A stretch of DNA of 58,448 nucleotides from an uncultured bacterium (GCA_965368975.1 CBDUPA010000029.1:1-58448), one strand, 5' to 3'. Positions 1 through 14,000 are shown, counted from the first letter of the stretch. Numbers and translations: made by a program. The notes: generated by a model from the letters alone, not told the origin.

Positions 1-685
1 CCTTGGGTTTGCCGGTCGAGCCGGAGGTGTAGACGACGTAGGCCAGGTTCTCCGGAGAGAGGCTCTCCGGGAATTCTCGATAATCGGCTGGCACCTCTCT
101 AACCTTCTTGGAAGACCGGACTTCCAGCGACTCGCCCCCCAGAGAAGACCAGAATTCCGCCACATCCAGGCACAGGATCTGGGCCCCTCCGTCCGGCAGT
201 AGATGCCGGAAGCGGGTCTCGGTCAGCACCACCGGCGCTTCGGCGTCTTCGATCATGAAGGCCAGACGCTCGGCTGGGTGCTCCGGGTCGAGGCCCAGGT
301 AGGCGGCACCGGCTCGGAGCACCGCCAGCGCGGCGATCACGCGCTCCGGGGTGGTGCGGTCCAGGCACAGGGCCACCAGCACGTCCGGCCCGGCGCCGTG
401 AGCTCGTAGGTGGCCAGCCAGGCGCGCGGCACGGGCGTCGAGTTCGCCGTAGCTGAGAACATGCGTACCGGCATCTCCAGGCCTCGACGGGATCGACCGT
501 GAGAGAGCGACCGCGTCGGGACGCTGCCGTGCCTGTGCGGCGACCCGCTCGTGCACCAGCGGCGCGGGCGGGTGTGCGATAGCCGTATCGTTCCACTCCA
601 GCGCCGCCTGGTGACGCTCGGCCGGGCTGAGCAGCGGTAGGCGGTCGAAAACGGCGTCCGGGGCGGCCAGAGCCTCAGCGGTCAG
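1..685. repeat. Near-identical long direct repeat of 3487-4168 (end of C domain and N-terminal part of A domain in modules 6 and 5)
   Basis: Direct visual alignment at offset ~3483-3486. Identical except for scattered substitutions and a divergent loop at ~56-150 versus ~3541-3635. Confidence 0.9.
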
Positions 686-2005
686 GATTTGGAGATGGTG
701 CAGCAAACGCTGGACGGTGACGCGGTCGAAGAGATCTCGGTTGTACTCGGCGACGCCAGAGTAGACTTCCGAGCCGGTGTCCGATCCGGCGCTTGCCCCC
801 TCCTCCACCGTCAGCGTCAGGTCGAACTTGGCCGTACCCGTGATCGCCGGCAGCGTCTCGATCTGCACGCCCGGCAGTTCCAACGTGTCGGAGGCCAGGT
901 TCTGCAGCGCGAAGACGACCTGGAACAGCGGCGGCCGGCTGAGGTCGCGTTCTTCGTCCGGCTGGGCCTGCGTCAACGCCTCGACCAGCCGCTCGAACGG
1001 CACGTCCTGGTGGGCATAGGCGTCGAGGGTGGTCTCACGGCTGCGCGCGGCCAGCTGGCGCAAGCTCGGCGCCGGCTGACCTGCATCTCCGTACCCCTCC
1101 GAGTCGGGATGCAGGTCACCACGCAGCGCCAGCATGTTGACGAAGAAGCCGATCAAGGGCTCAGCTTCGGCACGATTGCGCCCCGCCACCGGCGTACCGA
1201 CCAGCAGGTCGCGGCGATGCGTGATGCGCGCCAGCAGCGCCTGGAAGGCCGCGAGCAGCACCATGAAGGGCGTAGCACCGAGCTGCTGGCACAGGGCTTC
1301 GACGGGGGCGTGCCAGGTGAAGGGCAGCAGCGTGCCCTCGAAGCTCTGATCGGCCTGTCGAGGGCGGTCGCTCGGCAGTTCGAGCACGCGCGGCGCACCT
1401 TCCAGGCGCTGGCGCCAGTGCTCGATCTGCGACTCCAGCACCTCACCCTGCAGCCAGTCCCGCTGCCAGACGGCGAAGTCGATGTACTGCAGCGCCAGCG
1501 GCGGCAACTCGCGTCCCGCGACCAGCTCGGCCAGCTCACGCACCAGCACGCCACCAGACCAGCCGTCACCGACGATGTGGTGGAAGCCGGCGAGCAGCGC
1601 TTGCTCGTCCTCGGCCAGCACGGCCAGGGCAGTGCGGAACAGCGGGCCTCGACGCAGATCGTAGGGCCGGCGCGCATCCGCCGCCACCAACCGCTGCAAC
1701 TCGGCCTCGCGCGCGGACGACGGCAACGCCTGTAGGTCGATCCACGGCAGGCCGGTGCCCTGCGTCTGCAAAGGCGGCACGACGCGTTGTACCGCACCCA
1801 GAGCGCCGGCATCCTCTGCCGCCTCGAAGGTGACGCGCAGCATGGCGTGGCGGGCGCGGATGGTGTCGAGGGCGGCAGCCAGGGCATGGCGATCGAGACG
1901 GCCGCGCAGACGTAGCGACGCCGGCACGTTGTAGAGGGCGCTGTCCGGCATCAACTGGTCGAAGAACCACAGACGCTGCTGACCGAAGGACAGCGGCCAC
2001 CCTTC
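1..2005 (-). other. NRPS module 6 (C domain plus N-terminal part of A domain), truncated by window edge
   Basis: PLSFGQQRLWF, HHIVGDGWS (~1556-1582), IGFFVNML, EWNDT, LAYVVYTSGSTGKPK at 1-50. Confidence 0.9.
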
Positions 2006-5000
2006 GGCGTCGAAACGCGCTCGCAGCTCTGCCGCCACCGGCCGCAACGGCGGCGCCGAGGCGCTGATCACTGCATCGGTAGTCGTCTCCTCGGCCAGCA
2101 ATTCCTCCGCCAGCAATACCGTCAGCTGGGCAACGGTCGGGCGATCGAAGAGGGCGCGCAGAGGCAGCTCGCGGCCGAGCACGTCGCGCAGGCGCGAGAT
2201 GACCCGCGTGGCCAGCAGCGAGTGGCCACCGAGGCGGAAGAAATCGTCCCACGGACCGACGTGTTCGAGGCCCAGCACCTCGGCGAAGACGCCCGCCACG
2301 ACTGTCTCGGCTGGCGTCAAGGCACGCTCGGCAGCCCCACCTCCCGCAGCCTGCAGCGCCGACGCCTCGGGCGCATAGCGCGCCGCCGCCAGAGCCTTGC
2401 GGTCGACCTTGCCGTTGGGGCTCAGCGGCAGCGCGTCGAGGGCGACGTAGGCTACCGGCACCATGTACGCCGGCAGTCGTGTCTCGAGGAAGCGGTTCAG
2501 GTTGGCGGCGAGCGCGTCGGCGGCCAGCGCGTCGGCGGCCAGCGCGTCGGCGGCCAGCGCGTCGTCAGTCTCGTCCTTCAGGGTCACATCTCTGAGAGCG
2601 ACATACCCGATCAGCTGTTGCAGCCGACCTCCGCCCTGCGTCTCCTCCTCGCGCACCAACACCGCGCAGTCGACGACGTCGGGATGCTGCGCCAGCGCCG
2701 ACTCGATCTCGCCCAGCTCGATGCGCAGCCCGCGCAGCTTGACCTGGAAGTCGGCGCGACCGAGGAAGTCGAGATCGCCGTCGGGCAGGGCACGCACCAG
2801 GTCACCGGTGCGGTACAGCCGCGCTCCGGCCGACGCAGTACCGCGCCCCGCATAGGGATGGGGAACGAAGCTCTGCGCCGTGCGTCCCGGACGCCGGTGA
2901 TAGCCGCGCGCCAGACCGACGCCGCCAACGTACAACTCACCCGTGACGCTGATCGGTACCGGCTGACCGATGCCGCCGGCGGAGGGATCGAACAGGTGGA
3001 TCTCCGTGTTGTCGAGCGCGCGGCCGATGCTGGGCAGGCCTCTCCGCCTACCCTCCGGCTGCACCCGCACCACCGTGCAGGTCACCGAGTACTCGGCCGG
3101 GCCGTAATGATTCATCGCCGCGAAAACCGCGTCCGGGTGCGGACGTCGACGCAAGCGGTCGGCGCCGATGATCAGCGCGCGTGCGGCCAGCTTTGGATCG
3201 ACATGCCCGGGATCGCTCATCACGCCCTCGGCCAGCGCCACCATCAGGTACGGCAGCGTGATCCGCTCGCGCCGCCACCAATCGAGCATGCCCGGCGACG
3301 ACAGCCGCGTTTCGGCGTCCGGAATGTGCACCGATGCACCCGCCGCCAGGTAGGGCCACAGCTCCCACACGGCAGCGTCGAAGGCGGGGGAAGCCACCTG
3401 CGTGGCGCGGTCGTTGGCCGTCACCGAGTATTGCCGCTGGTGCCAGTCGACCAGGTTGCTCAGACCCGCGTGCGGCGTCTGCACGCCCTTGGGTTTGCCG
3501 GTCGAGCCGGAGGTGTAGACGACGTAGGCCAGGTTCTCCGGGGACAGCTGGAGCGCCTCGCGAGACTCGGCTGGCACCTCCTGAACTCTCTCGGAAGAAT
3601 CGACTCTCCGCGAATTCCTTCCCAGAGAGGACCAGAACTCCGGCACATCCAGACACAGGATCTGGGCCCCTCCGTCCGGCAGCAGATGCCGGAAGCGGGT
3701 CTCGGTCAGCACCACCGGCGCTTCGGCGTCCTCGATCATGAAAGCCAGGCGCTCGGCTGGGTGATCCGGGTCGAGACCCAGGTAGGCGGCACCGGCGTGC
3801 AGCACCGCCAGGGCCGCGATTACGCGCTCCGGGGTGGTGCGGTCCAGGCACAGGGCCACCAGCACGTCCGGCCCAGCGCCGTGAGCTCGTAGGTGGCCAG
3901 CCAGGCGCGTGGCACGGGCGTCGAGTTCGCCGTAGCTGAGTACATGCGTACCGGCATCGCCAGGCCTCGACAGGATCGACCCTGAGAGAGCGACCGCGTC
4001 GGGACGCTGCCGTGCCTGTGCAGCGACCCGCTCGTGCACCAGCGGCGCGGGCGGGTGTGCGATCGCCGTATCGTTCCATTCCAGCGCCGCCTGGTGACGC
4101 TCGGCCGGGCTGAGCAGCGGTAGGCGGTCGAAGGCGGCGTCCGGGGCGGCCAGAGCCTCGGCGGTCAGCACTTGCAGGTGGCCGAGGAGGCGCTGCACCG
4201 TGACGGCATCGAACAGCCGGCGATTGTACTCGGCGACACCCTCGTAGCCGCCCATCGCTTCCTGCACCGTCAGCGTCAGGTCGAATTTGGCCGTGCCGGT
4301 CTCGGCTTCCATCACCTCGATGCGTACACCAGGCAACTGCAACTCGGCCGGCGGCATGTTCTGCAGCGCGAAGACGACCTGGAACAGCGGTGCGCGGTCG
4401 ATCTGCCGGCCGGCCCCGATTGTGCCCCCAGGTTCCGCAGCTTCACCAGGCCCAGCTTGCCCCGTCTCGGCCAGGGCTTCGACCAGTCGCTCGAAGGGCA
4501 CATCCTGGTGCGCGTACGCGTCGAGGGTGACCTCGCGTACTCGACTTACGAGCTGACGCAAGCTCGGGCCTGCTTGGACACCCTCGCCTGCCGCCTCTTC
4601 CGGCTGCAGATCCGCGCGCAGCGCCAGCATGTTGACGAAGAAGCCGATCAAGCTCTCGGTCTCGAGCTTGCCACGGCCCGCCACTGGTGAACCGACCAGC
4701 AGCCGGCGTTGGTGACTGATGCGCCCCAACAACGCCTGGAACAGCGCCAGCTGCAGCATGAACGGCGTCGCACCGAGCTGGCGACACAGCGCATCTAGGG
4801 AGGGGCCCGCCGCCAGATCCCGCGCCCCCAGCCGCCAGCGGAAGGGCACCAGGGCGCCATCGAAATCGCGCTCGTCCCCCGCCGTGCCGCGCGGCCGGTC
4901 GAAGGGCAGCTCCAAGACCTGCGGCACGCCCTCGAGACGGCGGCGCCAGTGCTCGATCTCCGCCGCTAGCACGTCGCCCTGCAGCCAGTCGCGCTGCCAG

Positions 5001-8000
5001 AGAGCGAAGTCCGTGTACTGGATGGCCAACTCAGGGAGCACCTCGGGGAGCGTCCCCGTCGACTCGACACCGCCGGCCTCGCCAGCAGCCTCTGCTTGGG
5101 CCAGCACACCAGCCAGCGCAGCGTAGAGCGTGGCCAGTTCACGCACCAAGATGCCGGACGACCAGCCATCGCCCGCGATGTGGTGGAAGCCGGCGATGAG
5201 AACTTGGTCCTGATCACTCAGCACCGCCAAGGCGGTGCGCAGGAGCGGTCCACGCTGGAGGTCGTAAGGACGGCGAGCATCGGCGTCGACCAGGCGCCGC
5301 GCTTCGACCTCGCGAGCGGCAGCCGGCAGCGCCTGCAGATCGATCCACGGCAAGCACTGAGGCCGCGCTGGAGCGACGTGCTGCACCGGCTGGCTGGACA
5401 CTGCTCGGTATGTCGTGCGCAGCACAGCGTGGCGCGCGCGCAGCGCATCCAGAGCCGTGGCCAGGGCGTGGCGATCGACGCCCCCGTGCAGACGCAAGGA
5501 CGACGGGATGTTGTAGAGCGCACTGCCAGGCCACAGGCGGTCGAGCAGCCACAGGCGCTGCTGGCCGAAGGACAGCGGCCAGCCTTCGACCTCATAGCGT
5601 GCCCTGAGTTCCTCCGGTACCGCTTCCAGGGGTGGCGCTGCGGCGAACGCCTCGACGTGCTGCTCCGTCGAGGTCAGCAGCGCGGCCAGCTGGGCCACGG
5701 TGGGACGGTCGAACAGGGCACGCAGCGGCACATCTCGACTGAGCACCGCGCGCATCCTGGACACCACGCGCGTGGCCAGCAACGAGTGGCCGCCGAGCGC
5801 GAAGAAATCGTCGTGCAGTCCCACCTGCTCGATCCCCAGCACGTCAGCGAAGATGCCCGCCAGCAGCGCCTCCAGGGGCAGCAGTTCGTTCCCGACTCCT
5901 GCCCCTTCCCCTGCCACGACCTCGGCGCTCGGGGCGTAGCGCGGTTCAGCCAGCACCTTGCGATCGACCTTGCCGTTGGGGCTCAGCGGCAGAGCGTCCA
6001 AGAAGACGTACGCGACCGGCACCATGTAGGCGGGTAGCTTGGCCTGCAAGAAGTGGCTCAACTCCTGCGCTGTCGGGGTCTCGCCGTCCGCGCGCTCAGC
6101 CGTGTGGCCGGGCGTGACGTAGGCGACCAGCTGTTGCAGCGGCGCGCCAGTCGCGACTTGGCCAGTCACGACTTGCCCCTCAACGACTGCGGCGCCAGCT
6201 TCTTCGCGCACCAGCACCGCGCAATCTGCGACGCGGGAGTGTTTCGAGAGCGCCGACTCGATCTCCCCCAATTCGATGCGCAGACCCCGCAGCTTGACCT
6301 GGAAGTCGGCACGGCCGAGGAAATCCATGTCGCCATCGGGCAGGTAGCGCACCAGATCGCCGGTGCGATAGATGCGCGCTCCCGCGGGCGCCACGCCGCC
6401 AGCCGACACGCTCGTTCCCGCGTAGGGATGGGGCAGGAAGCTTTGCGCCGTGCGGCCAGGACGCCGGTGGTAGCCGCGCGCCAGGCCGACTCCGCCGACG
6501 TAGAGCTCACCGGTAACCCCGATAGGCACCGGCTCTCCCTGGCGATCCAGCAGGTGGATGTCGGTGTTGTCGAGCGCACGGCCGATGCTCGGTAGGCCTT
6601 CCCGGGCACCCTGCGGTAGAACGCGCACCACCGTGCAGGTGACCGAGTACTCGGCGGGTCCGTAGTGGTTCATCGCCGCGAACACCGCGTCCGGATGCGG
6701 GCGACGGCGCAGGCGGTCGGCACCGATGATCAGCGCCCGCGCGGCCAGCTTTGGATCGACATGCCCGGGATCGCTCATCACGCCCTCGGCCAGCGCCACC
6801 ATCAGGTACGGCAGCGTGATCCGCTCGCGCCGCCACCAATCGAGCATCCCCGGTGACGACAGCCGCGTTTCGGCGTCCGGAATGTGCAGCGACGCGCCCA
6901 CGGCGAGATACGGCCACAGCTCCCACACCGCCGCGTCAAAGGCCGGGCTGGCGACCTGCGTCGCACGGTCGTCGGCGGTCACCGAGTACTGGCGCTGGTG
7001 CCAGTCGACCAGGTTGCTCAGGCCCACGTGCGGCGTCTGCACGCCCTTCGGCTTGCCGGTTGAACCGGAGGTGTAGACGACGTAGGCCAGGTTGTACGGC
7101 TCGACTGCCGGCAAGGGCCGCGCCTGCCCCACGGAGCCGGAGTCCCAGGCCTCGATCTTCGGCCAGTCGCGATCCAGACACAACGTCTCGGTACCTTCTG
7201 GCAACAAGGACCGCAAACGCACTTGGGTGAGCACGGCCAGCGCCGCCGCATCCTCGATCATGAAGGCCAAGCGCTCGGCCGGGTGGCTCGGGTCGAGCGC
7301 GACATAGGCGCCGCCGGCCTGCAGCACGGCCAGCGCACCGATCACCCGCTCGGCACTCTCGCGCGGCAAGCAGATGGCGACCAGGCTCTCCGGTCCAACG
7401 CCCAGGGCGCGCAGATAGTGGGCCAAGCGGAGGGCACGAGCGCCCAGCTCACCGTAGGTCAGAAAACGCCGGCCATCGGCGAGCGCCAACGCGTGGGGTC
7501 GCAGGCGGACTTGCTCGGCGATTCGGTCGGGGATGCGCTCGTGCACCGGCCGCGGGTGCGGCTGCGCCACCTGCGTGTCGTTCCACTCCCACGCCACCTG
7601 CGCACGCTCGGCCGGGGTCAGCAGCGCCAGCTGTTCGAAGGCCGCCTCCGGCGCGTCGAGTGCAGCTTGCAGCAGCACGTGGAAGTGCCGCACCAGTCGC
7701 CGGATGGTGACCGCGTCGAAGAGATCGGCACTGAACTCGGCCTCACCGCGCAGTCGCCGCCGGCCCCCTTTGACCTCGACCTCCTGCAGCGCCAGGCTGA
7801 GGTCGAAGCGAGCACCACCGGCGGTCACCGGCAGTAACTCGACCTCCAGACCAGGCAGCTCCAGGCGGAAGGGCAGATTCTGCAGCGCCAGCGCCGCCTG
7901 CACCAGCGGCGGCCGGCTGAGCGCGCTCTGCCCGGCGGTGCCGCCACGCTCGGTCACGGCCTCGACCAGGCGTTCGAACGGTAGATCCTGGTGCGCGTAG

Positions 8001-11000
8001 GCTTCGAGGGTGACCGCCCGCGCGCGCCGCACCAGCGCGCGCAAGCCGACAGCGACCTCATCCCGATCAGCCGCTGCACGCAAGTCGGCCGGCAACACCA
8101 GGACATTGACAAAGAAGCCGATCAGAGGCTCGATCTCGGCTCGCGCGCGGCCGGCGACCGGCGTCCCGACGAGCAAGCGACGCTGGTGCGTCCAACGACC
8201 GAGCAGCGCCTGGAAGGCGGCGAGCAGGACCATGAAAGGCGTGGCGCCGAGCTGGCGGCACAGGGCGTCGAGGCCGGGTGGACGCGGCCATTCGAAGGCG
8301 ACCAGACCGCCTCGGAAGCTCGGCGTCTCAGCGCGCTGACGATCAGTCGGCAATTCCAGCACCTGCGGTACGCCTTGCAGCGCCTCGCGCCAGTATCGCA
8401 ACTCGGCTTCCAACGTCTCGCCTTGCATCCAGCCGCGCTGCCAGATGGCGAAGTCCGTGTACTGCAGCAGGAGTGGAGCCAGCGCGCCGCTGCCCCGCTG
8501 GTAGAACTGGGCGATCTCTTGCAGCATCACGCCGGCCGACCAGCCGTCGCCAACGCTGTGGTGGAGATTGAGCAACAGCGCCTGATCTTCGGCATCGAGG
8601 ACGACCAGGACCGTGCGCAGCAACGGTCCGCGGCGCAGGTCGAAGGGTCGAGCAGCGAGCGCCGACGCCAGGCGCAGCAGCTCAGACTCACGCTCCGCGC
8701 CCAGGCAACCGAGGTCGAGGCACGGCAGCTGCCCAGCAGCGGAAGCGGATCGACGCTCGGCGGGAGCCACCACCTGCACGGCTTCGCTCGCGTCGCGCCG
8801 GGAAGGCTCGAAGCGCACGCGGAGCACGTCGTGACGGGCTCGCACAGCCGCCAGCGCGACGCTGAAGGCACGGCGGTCGAGACGGCCGCGCAAGCGTAGC
8901 GCCACCGGTACGTTGTAGACGGTGCTGCCGGGCAGCAATTGGTCGAGTAGCCACAGCCGCTGCTGGCCGAACGACAGCGGCCAACCAGCCTCGTAGCCGG
9001 GGAGTGCGGGTAGCCCCTCGGCGCTGCGTGGCACGGCCTCCAGCGGCGGCGCGGCGACCTGCGCGTCTTCACCATCCAGGTGCCGCGCCAGGCGGGCCAC
9101 AGTCGCGTGCTCGAACAGAGCGCGCAGCGGCAGCTCGCGGCCCAGTAGCTCGCGCACGCTCGACGTCACCCGCGTGGCTAGCAGCGAGTGGCCGCCGAGA
9201 GCAAAGAAGTCGTCGCCGCGACCGACCTGGTCGACTCCCAGCACGCGCGCGAAGATGCCCGCCAGGATCTCTTCCTGCGGTCCGCGCGGCGCCTGGCGTT
9301 CGTCCGCGTGGCCGCCATCGGTCAAGCTCGTCGACGGCAAGGGCAACGCCGCCAGGGCGCGCCGGTCGACCTTGCCGTTGGGGCTCAGCGGCAGCGCGTC
9401 GAGCAGCACGAAGACCGCCGGCACCATGTAAGCCGGCAGCTCGACTTCGAGTCCAGCGCGCAGATCGTCACTCGTCTCATCAACCGTGCCGTCCGGGGAA
9501 TCACTGCCGTCCTGGGTAGAACTGCCGTCCTGGGTAGCACCATGCACCACGTAGGCCACCAGCAGCTGACGGCCGGAGCCTTCCTCGCGCACTAGCACCG
9601 CGCAGTCGCGCACCCCGGGAAGAGCCTCGAGCACGGTCTCGATCTCGCCCAACTCGATGCGCAGGCCGCGCAGCTTGACCTGGAAGTCGGCGCGTCCCAG
9701 GAAGTCGAGGTCGCCGTCCGGCAGTGCACGCACCAGGTCGCCCGTGCGGTAGACGCGCGCGCCCGCAGGGATCGAGCCGTCGCCGTGGCCGGCCAGGGGG
9801 TGAGGTACGAAGCTCTGTGCCGTCGTCACCGGATGCCGGTGATAGCCGCGTGCCAGGCCGACACCACTGACATACAGCTCACCAGTGACGCCGATCGGCA
9901 CCGGTTCGACTCGGGAACCGGCACTCCCCCGCGGACCGAAGAGGTAGATCTGGGTGTTGTCGAGAGCGCGGCCGATACTCGGCAGGCGGTGTGTCGACGC
10001 GTCCACGCCAGCGACTGCCGGCGCCACCTTCACCACCGTGCAGGTCACCGAATACTCGGCCGGGCCGTAGTGATTCATGGCCGCGAACACCGCGTTCGGG
10101 TGCGGCCGGCGACGCAGGCGGTCGGCACCGATGATCAGGGCGCGCGCGGCGAGCCTGGGATCCGTGTGCGTCGGCTCCGCCATGACGCCTTCGGCCAGAG
10201 CCACCATCAAGTACGGCAAGGTGATCCGCTCGCGACGCCACCAGTCGAGCATGCCGATCGACGACAAGCGCGTCTCAGCGTTCGGGATGTGCAGCGACGC
10301 GCCCGCCGCCAAGTACGGCCACAGCTCCCACACCGCGGCGTCGAAGGCGGGACTGGCGACCTGCGTCGCGCGGTCGGCCGGCGTCAACGCGTACTGGTGC
10401 TGGTGCCAGTCGACCAGGTTGCTCAAGCCCGCGTGCGGCGTCTGCACCCCCTTGGGTTTGCCGGTCGACCCCGAGGTATAGACGACATAGGCCAGGTTGG
10501 CGGCGCTCAGCTCCGGCTCCTGCCTCGCATCGCTCGGCACCTCTTCGAGAGCCTGCCAGCAATCCGGCGTGTCCAGGCACAAGACCTCGACCGACGCCGG
10601 GAGGATCTCGTCGGGCAACAGCGAGCGTAAGCGTGACTCGGTCAGCACCACCGGCGCGGCGGCATCTTCGATCAGCAGGGCCAATCTCTGAGCCGGGTGC
10701 TCCGGGTCGAGGCCCAAATAGGCACCACCGGCCTGCAGGACCGCCAGCGCGGCAACCACCCGCTCGTGCGAGGTCCGCGCCAGGCACAGAGCAACCAGCG
10801 TCTCGGGTCCGACCCCTTGCTGGCGCAAGTAGCCCGCCAGGCGACCGGCGCGTGCTTGCAGCTCGCCGTAGGTCAAGACGCGGGGAACGCTCGCCGTCCA
10901 GCCACCCCCTGTGACAGCCACCGCGTGCGGCTGACGGCGTGCCTGCTCGGCGATGCGCTGGTGCACGAAGGCGGCCTCGCGGGCGCCTCGCCGCGTCCCC

Positions 11001-14000
11001 TGCAGCCCGAACTCCGATCGCTGCACGCGGGTGTCATTCCACTCCCAGACCGCTTGGTGGCGCTCCGCTCGGGTGAGCAGCGGCAGTTCATCCAACGGGG
11101 TGTCGGACGCAGTCAGTGCCGCTTCCAGCAGGACGCGTAAGTGAGCGAGTTGGCGCTGGATGGTGACCTCGTCGAACAGATCACTGCTGAACTCGGCTTC
11201 ACCACGCAGCCAGGCTTGGTCCGCTCGCTCGATCTCCTCGAAGGACAGACTCAGGTCGAAGCGCGAGCCATCGGCCGTGCGCGGCAACATCTCGACCTCG
11301 AGTCCCGGCAAGCGGAGCTCGAAGGGCATGTTCTGCAGCGCTAGCACCACCTGTACCAGCGGCGGCCGACTCAGATCCGTGCCTTCCGAGGTGTCGACGA
11401 GCTCCTCGACTAGGCGTTCGAAGGGAAGATCCTGGTGGGCGTAAGCATCGAGCGTGACGGCACGCACCCGCTGCACCAGCTGACGCAGACTGGGAAGTCC
11501 ACCAGCTTGCGACCGCAAGTCCCCACGCAGGACAAGCAGGTTGACAAAGAACCCGATCAGCGGCTCGATCTCGGCTCGGTTGCGGCCCGCGACCGGCGAT
11601 CCGACGAGCAGCTGTTGCTGGTACGTGAGACGGCCAAGCCAGGCCTGGAAGACGGACAGCAGCACCATGAAGGGCGTGGCCCCGAGCTGCTGAGCCAGTG
11701 CATCCAACCCTGGCGGGCGCGGCCAATCGAACGTCAGCAGGCCGCCACGGAAGCCCTGGTCGGCGAGGTGTGGACGGTCCGTCGGCAGCTCCAGCACCTG
11801 TGGCACGCCCTCCAGGGCCTGCCGCCAATGCGCGAGTTCGGCCTCCAGCACCTCCCCCTGTAGCCAGGAGCGTTGCCAGACCGTGTAGTCGGTGTACTGC
11901 ACCGTCAGGGGTCGCAGAGCGGGAGCCGCCGCATAGAAAGCGCTCAAATCGTCGACCAGGACACCGGCGGACCAGCCATCACCGATGCTGTGATGCAGAC
12001 TGAGCAACAGCGCCTGATCCTGCTCACCGGGGACCTCGGAACCAGGGGAGGCAGGGGAGCCAGGGCCAGTGGGATGGGCCAAGGTGGGCGCGGCATCCAG
12101 CGTCACGAGCGCCGCACGCAGCAAGGGGCCGTGCTGCAGATCGAAAGGCAGTCTCGCGTGCACCTGCGCCAAGCGGGTCAATTCGCGTTCGCGCGCCGAG
12201 GCTGACAAGCCCCCGATGTCGACGCGCGGTAGCAGCATGCACACATCACGGCCGTCAGCTGGCACCACGACTTGCACCGCGGGTATCTGGCTCACCCCCT
12301 CGGGGACTTCGGCAAAGTGGGTCCGCAGGACGTCGTGACGCGCTCGCACCGCCGCCAGCGCATGGGCAAGAGCGGGGCGATCCAGACGCCCTCGCAGGCG
12401 CATCGCCGCGGTGATGTTGAACACCGTAGAACCCGGGATCAGCTGGTCGAGAAGCCACAGTCGCTGTTGACCGAAGGATAGGGGCCAATGACTGAAGCTC
12501 GCCGGCAAGCCCTCGGCGGTGCGCGGCACGGGTTCCAACTTCGGAGCCTTCGCGGAGCCCAGCGTGCCTTCCAGCACGAGTGCCAACCTTGCCGGCGTCG
12601 GGTGGTCGAAGAGGGTGCGCAGCGGCAGCTCGCGGTCGAGTAGCTCGCGTACCTGCGACACCACCCGCGTGGCCAGCAACGAATGGCCTCCGAGTTCGAA
12701 GAAGTCATCCTCGATCCCGACGCGCTCGACTTCCAGCACCTGCTGCCACACGGATACCAGGGCTGCTTCATAGGCCGTGCTCGGCGCCACATAGGCGCGG
12801 GCGCTACGCGTGGCCCCCACTTGCAGGCGCTCTACCAGGGCACGGCGATCAACCTTCTCGTTGGCGTTGAGCGGCAGTGCCTCCAGGCTCTGCCACAGCG
12901 CCGGCACCATGAAGTCCGGCAACCGTGACGCCAGGTAGGCGCGCAACTGTGCCGGCTCCGGTACCGAACCGGCCCGGTCAGCCGTGTCGGTCCCCACCAG
13001 CGCCGCCGCCAACCGCTGACCGCCGGCCGGATCGGGCAGCGCCACGACCGCCACCGCGGACAACGCCGGGTGCTTGGCCAGCACCGTCTCGACCTCACCG
13101 GGCTCGACACGGAAGCCGCGCACCTTGATCTGCTGATCGAGGCGACCGAAGAACTCGGCCACACCATCGGCGCGCAAGCGGGCCCGGTCACCGGTGCGGT
13201 AGAGCCTCTGGCTACCAAGAGTAGCGAAGGGGTTGGGCACGAAGACCGCGGCGGTCGCCGAGGGTCGCCCCAGGTATCCACGCGCCAGGCCCAGGCCACC
13301 GGTGCACAGCTCACCGGCACTACCCAGCGGCACCGGGTGCAGTTGACGATCGACGATGTACACCGACGTGCCGGCGATGGCGCGGCCGATCGGCACGGCA
13401 CCGGCGCCGAGGGCCTGGATTCGGTGGCAGGTCGTGAAGGTAGTGTTCTCGGTCGGCCCGTAGCCATCGACCAGCGTCAAGTGCGGATGCCGCTGCTGCA
13501 GCTCCCGGACCGCCAGCGGCGACAGGCGGTCGCCGCCCGACACCAGCTGCCGCAGCGGCCGCAGGACCTCCGGCGCCTGATCCACGAGCTGGTGGAACAG
13601 GCCGGCGGTGAGCCAGGCGGAGGTCACGCCGTGACGGCTCAAGGTGGCATCCAGACGCGGCGGCGTCACCGCGCCTCGGTGCACCACCAGCCGGCCACCG
13701 CGCAGCAGTGGCGCCCAGATCTCGAGCGTGGCGGCGTCGAAGGCGGTTGGTGCCGCCTGTAGCCAGGTCTCGTCCGCCGTGAAGCGAACATAGGGGTTGC
13801 TCTGTCCGCTGCCGGTTCCGGTCCCCAGGATCAAGCGCAAGACAGCCTGCTGCGGCACGCCGACGGCCTTCGGTCGGCCGGTGGAGCCGGAGGTGAACAT
13901 GACGTAGGCCAAAGCGGAAGGCGTGACCACGTGCGGCTCCCCCGCGAGTGTTGGGGCGGACTCGCCGGTCGGCGCCGCAGCCAGACTAGACGGCCACGGC

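Noticed and set aside
12840-12880. Inactive A2 domain because the A10 motif reads NEK rather than NGK
   Set aside because: The catalytic Lys and all other core motifs are intact.
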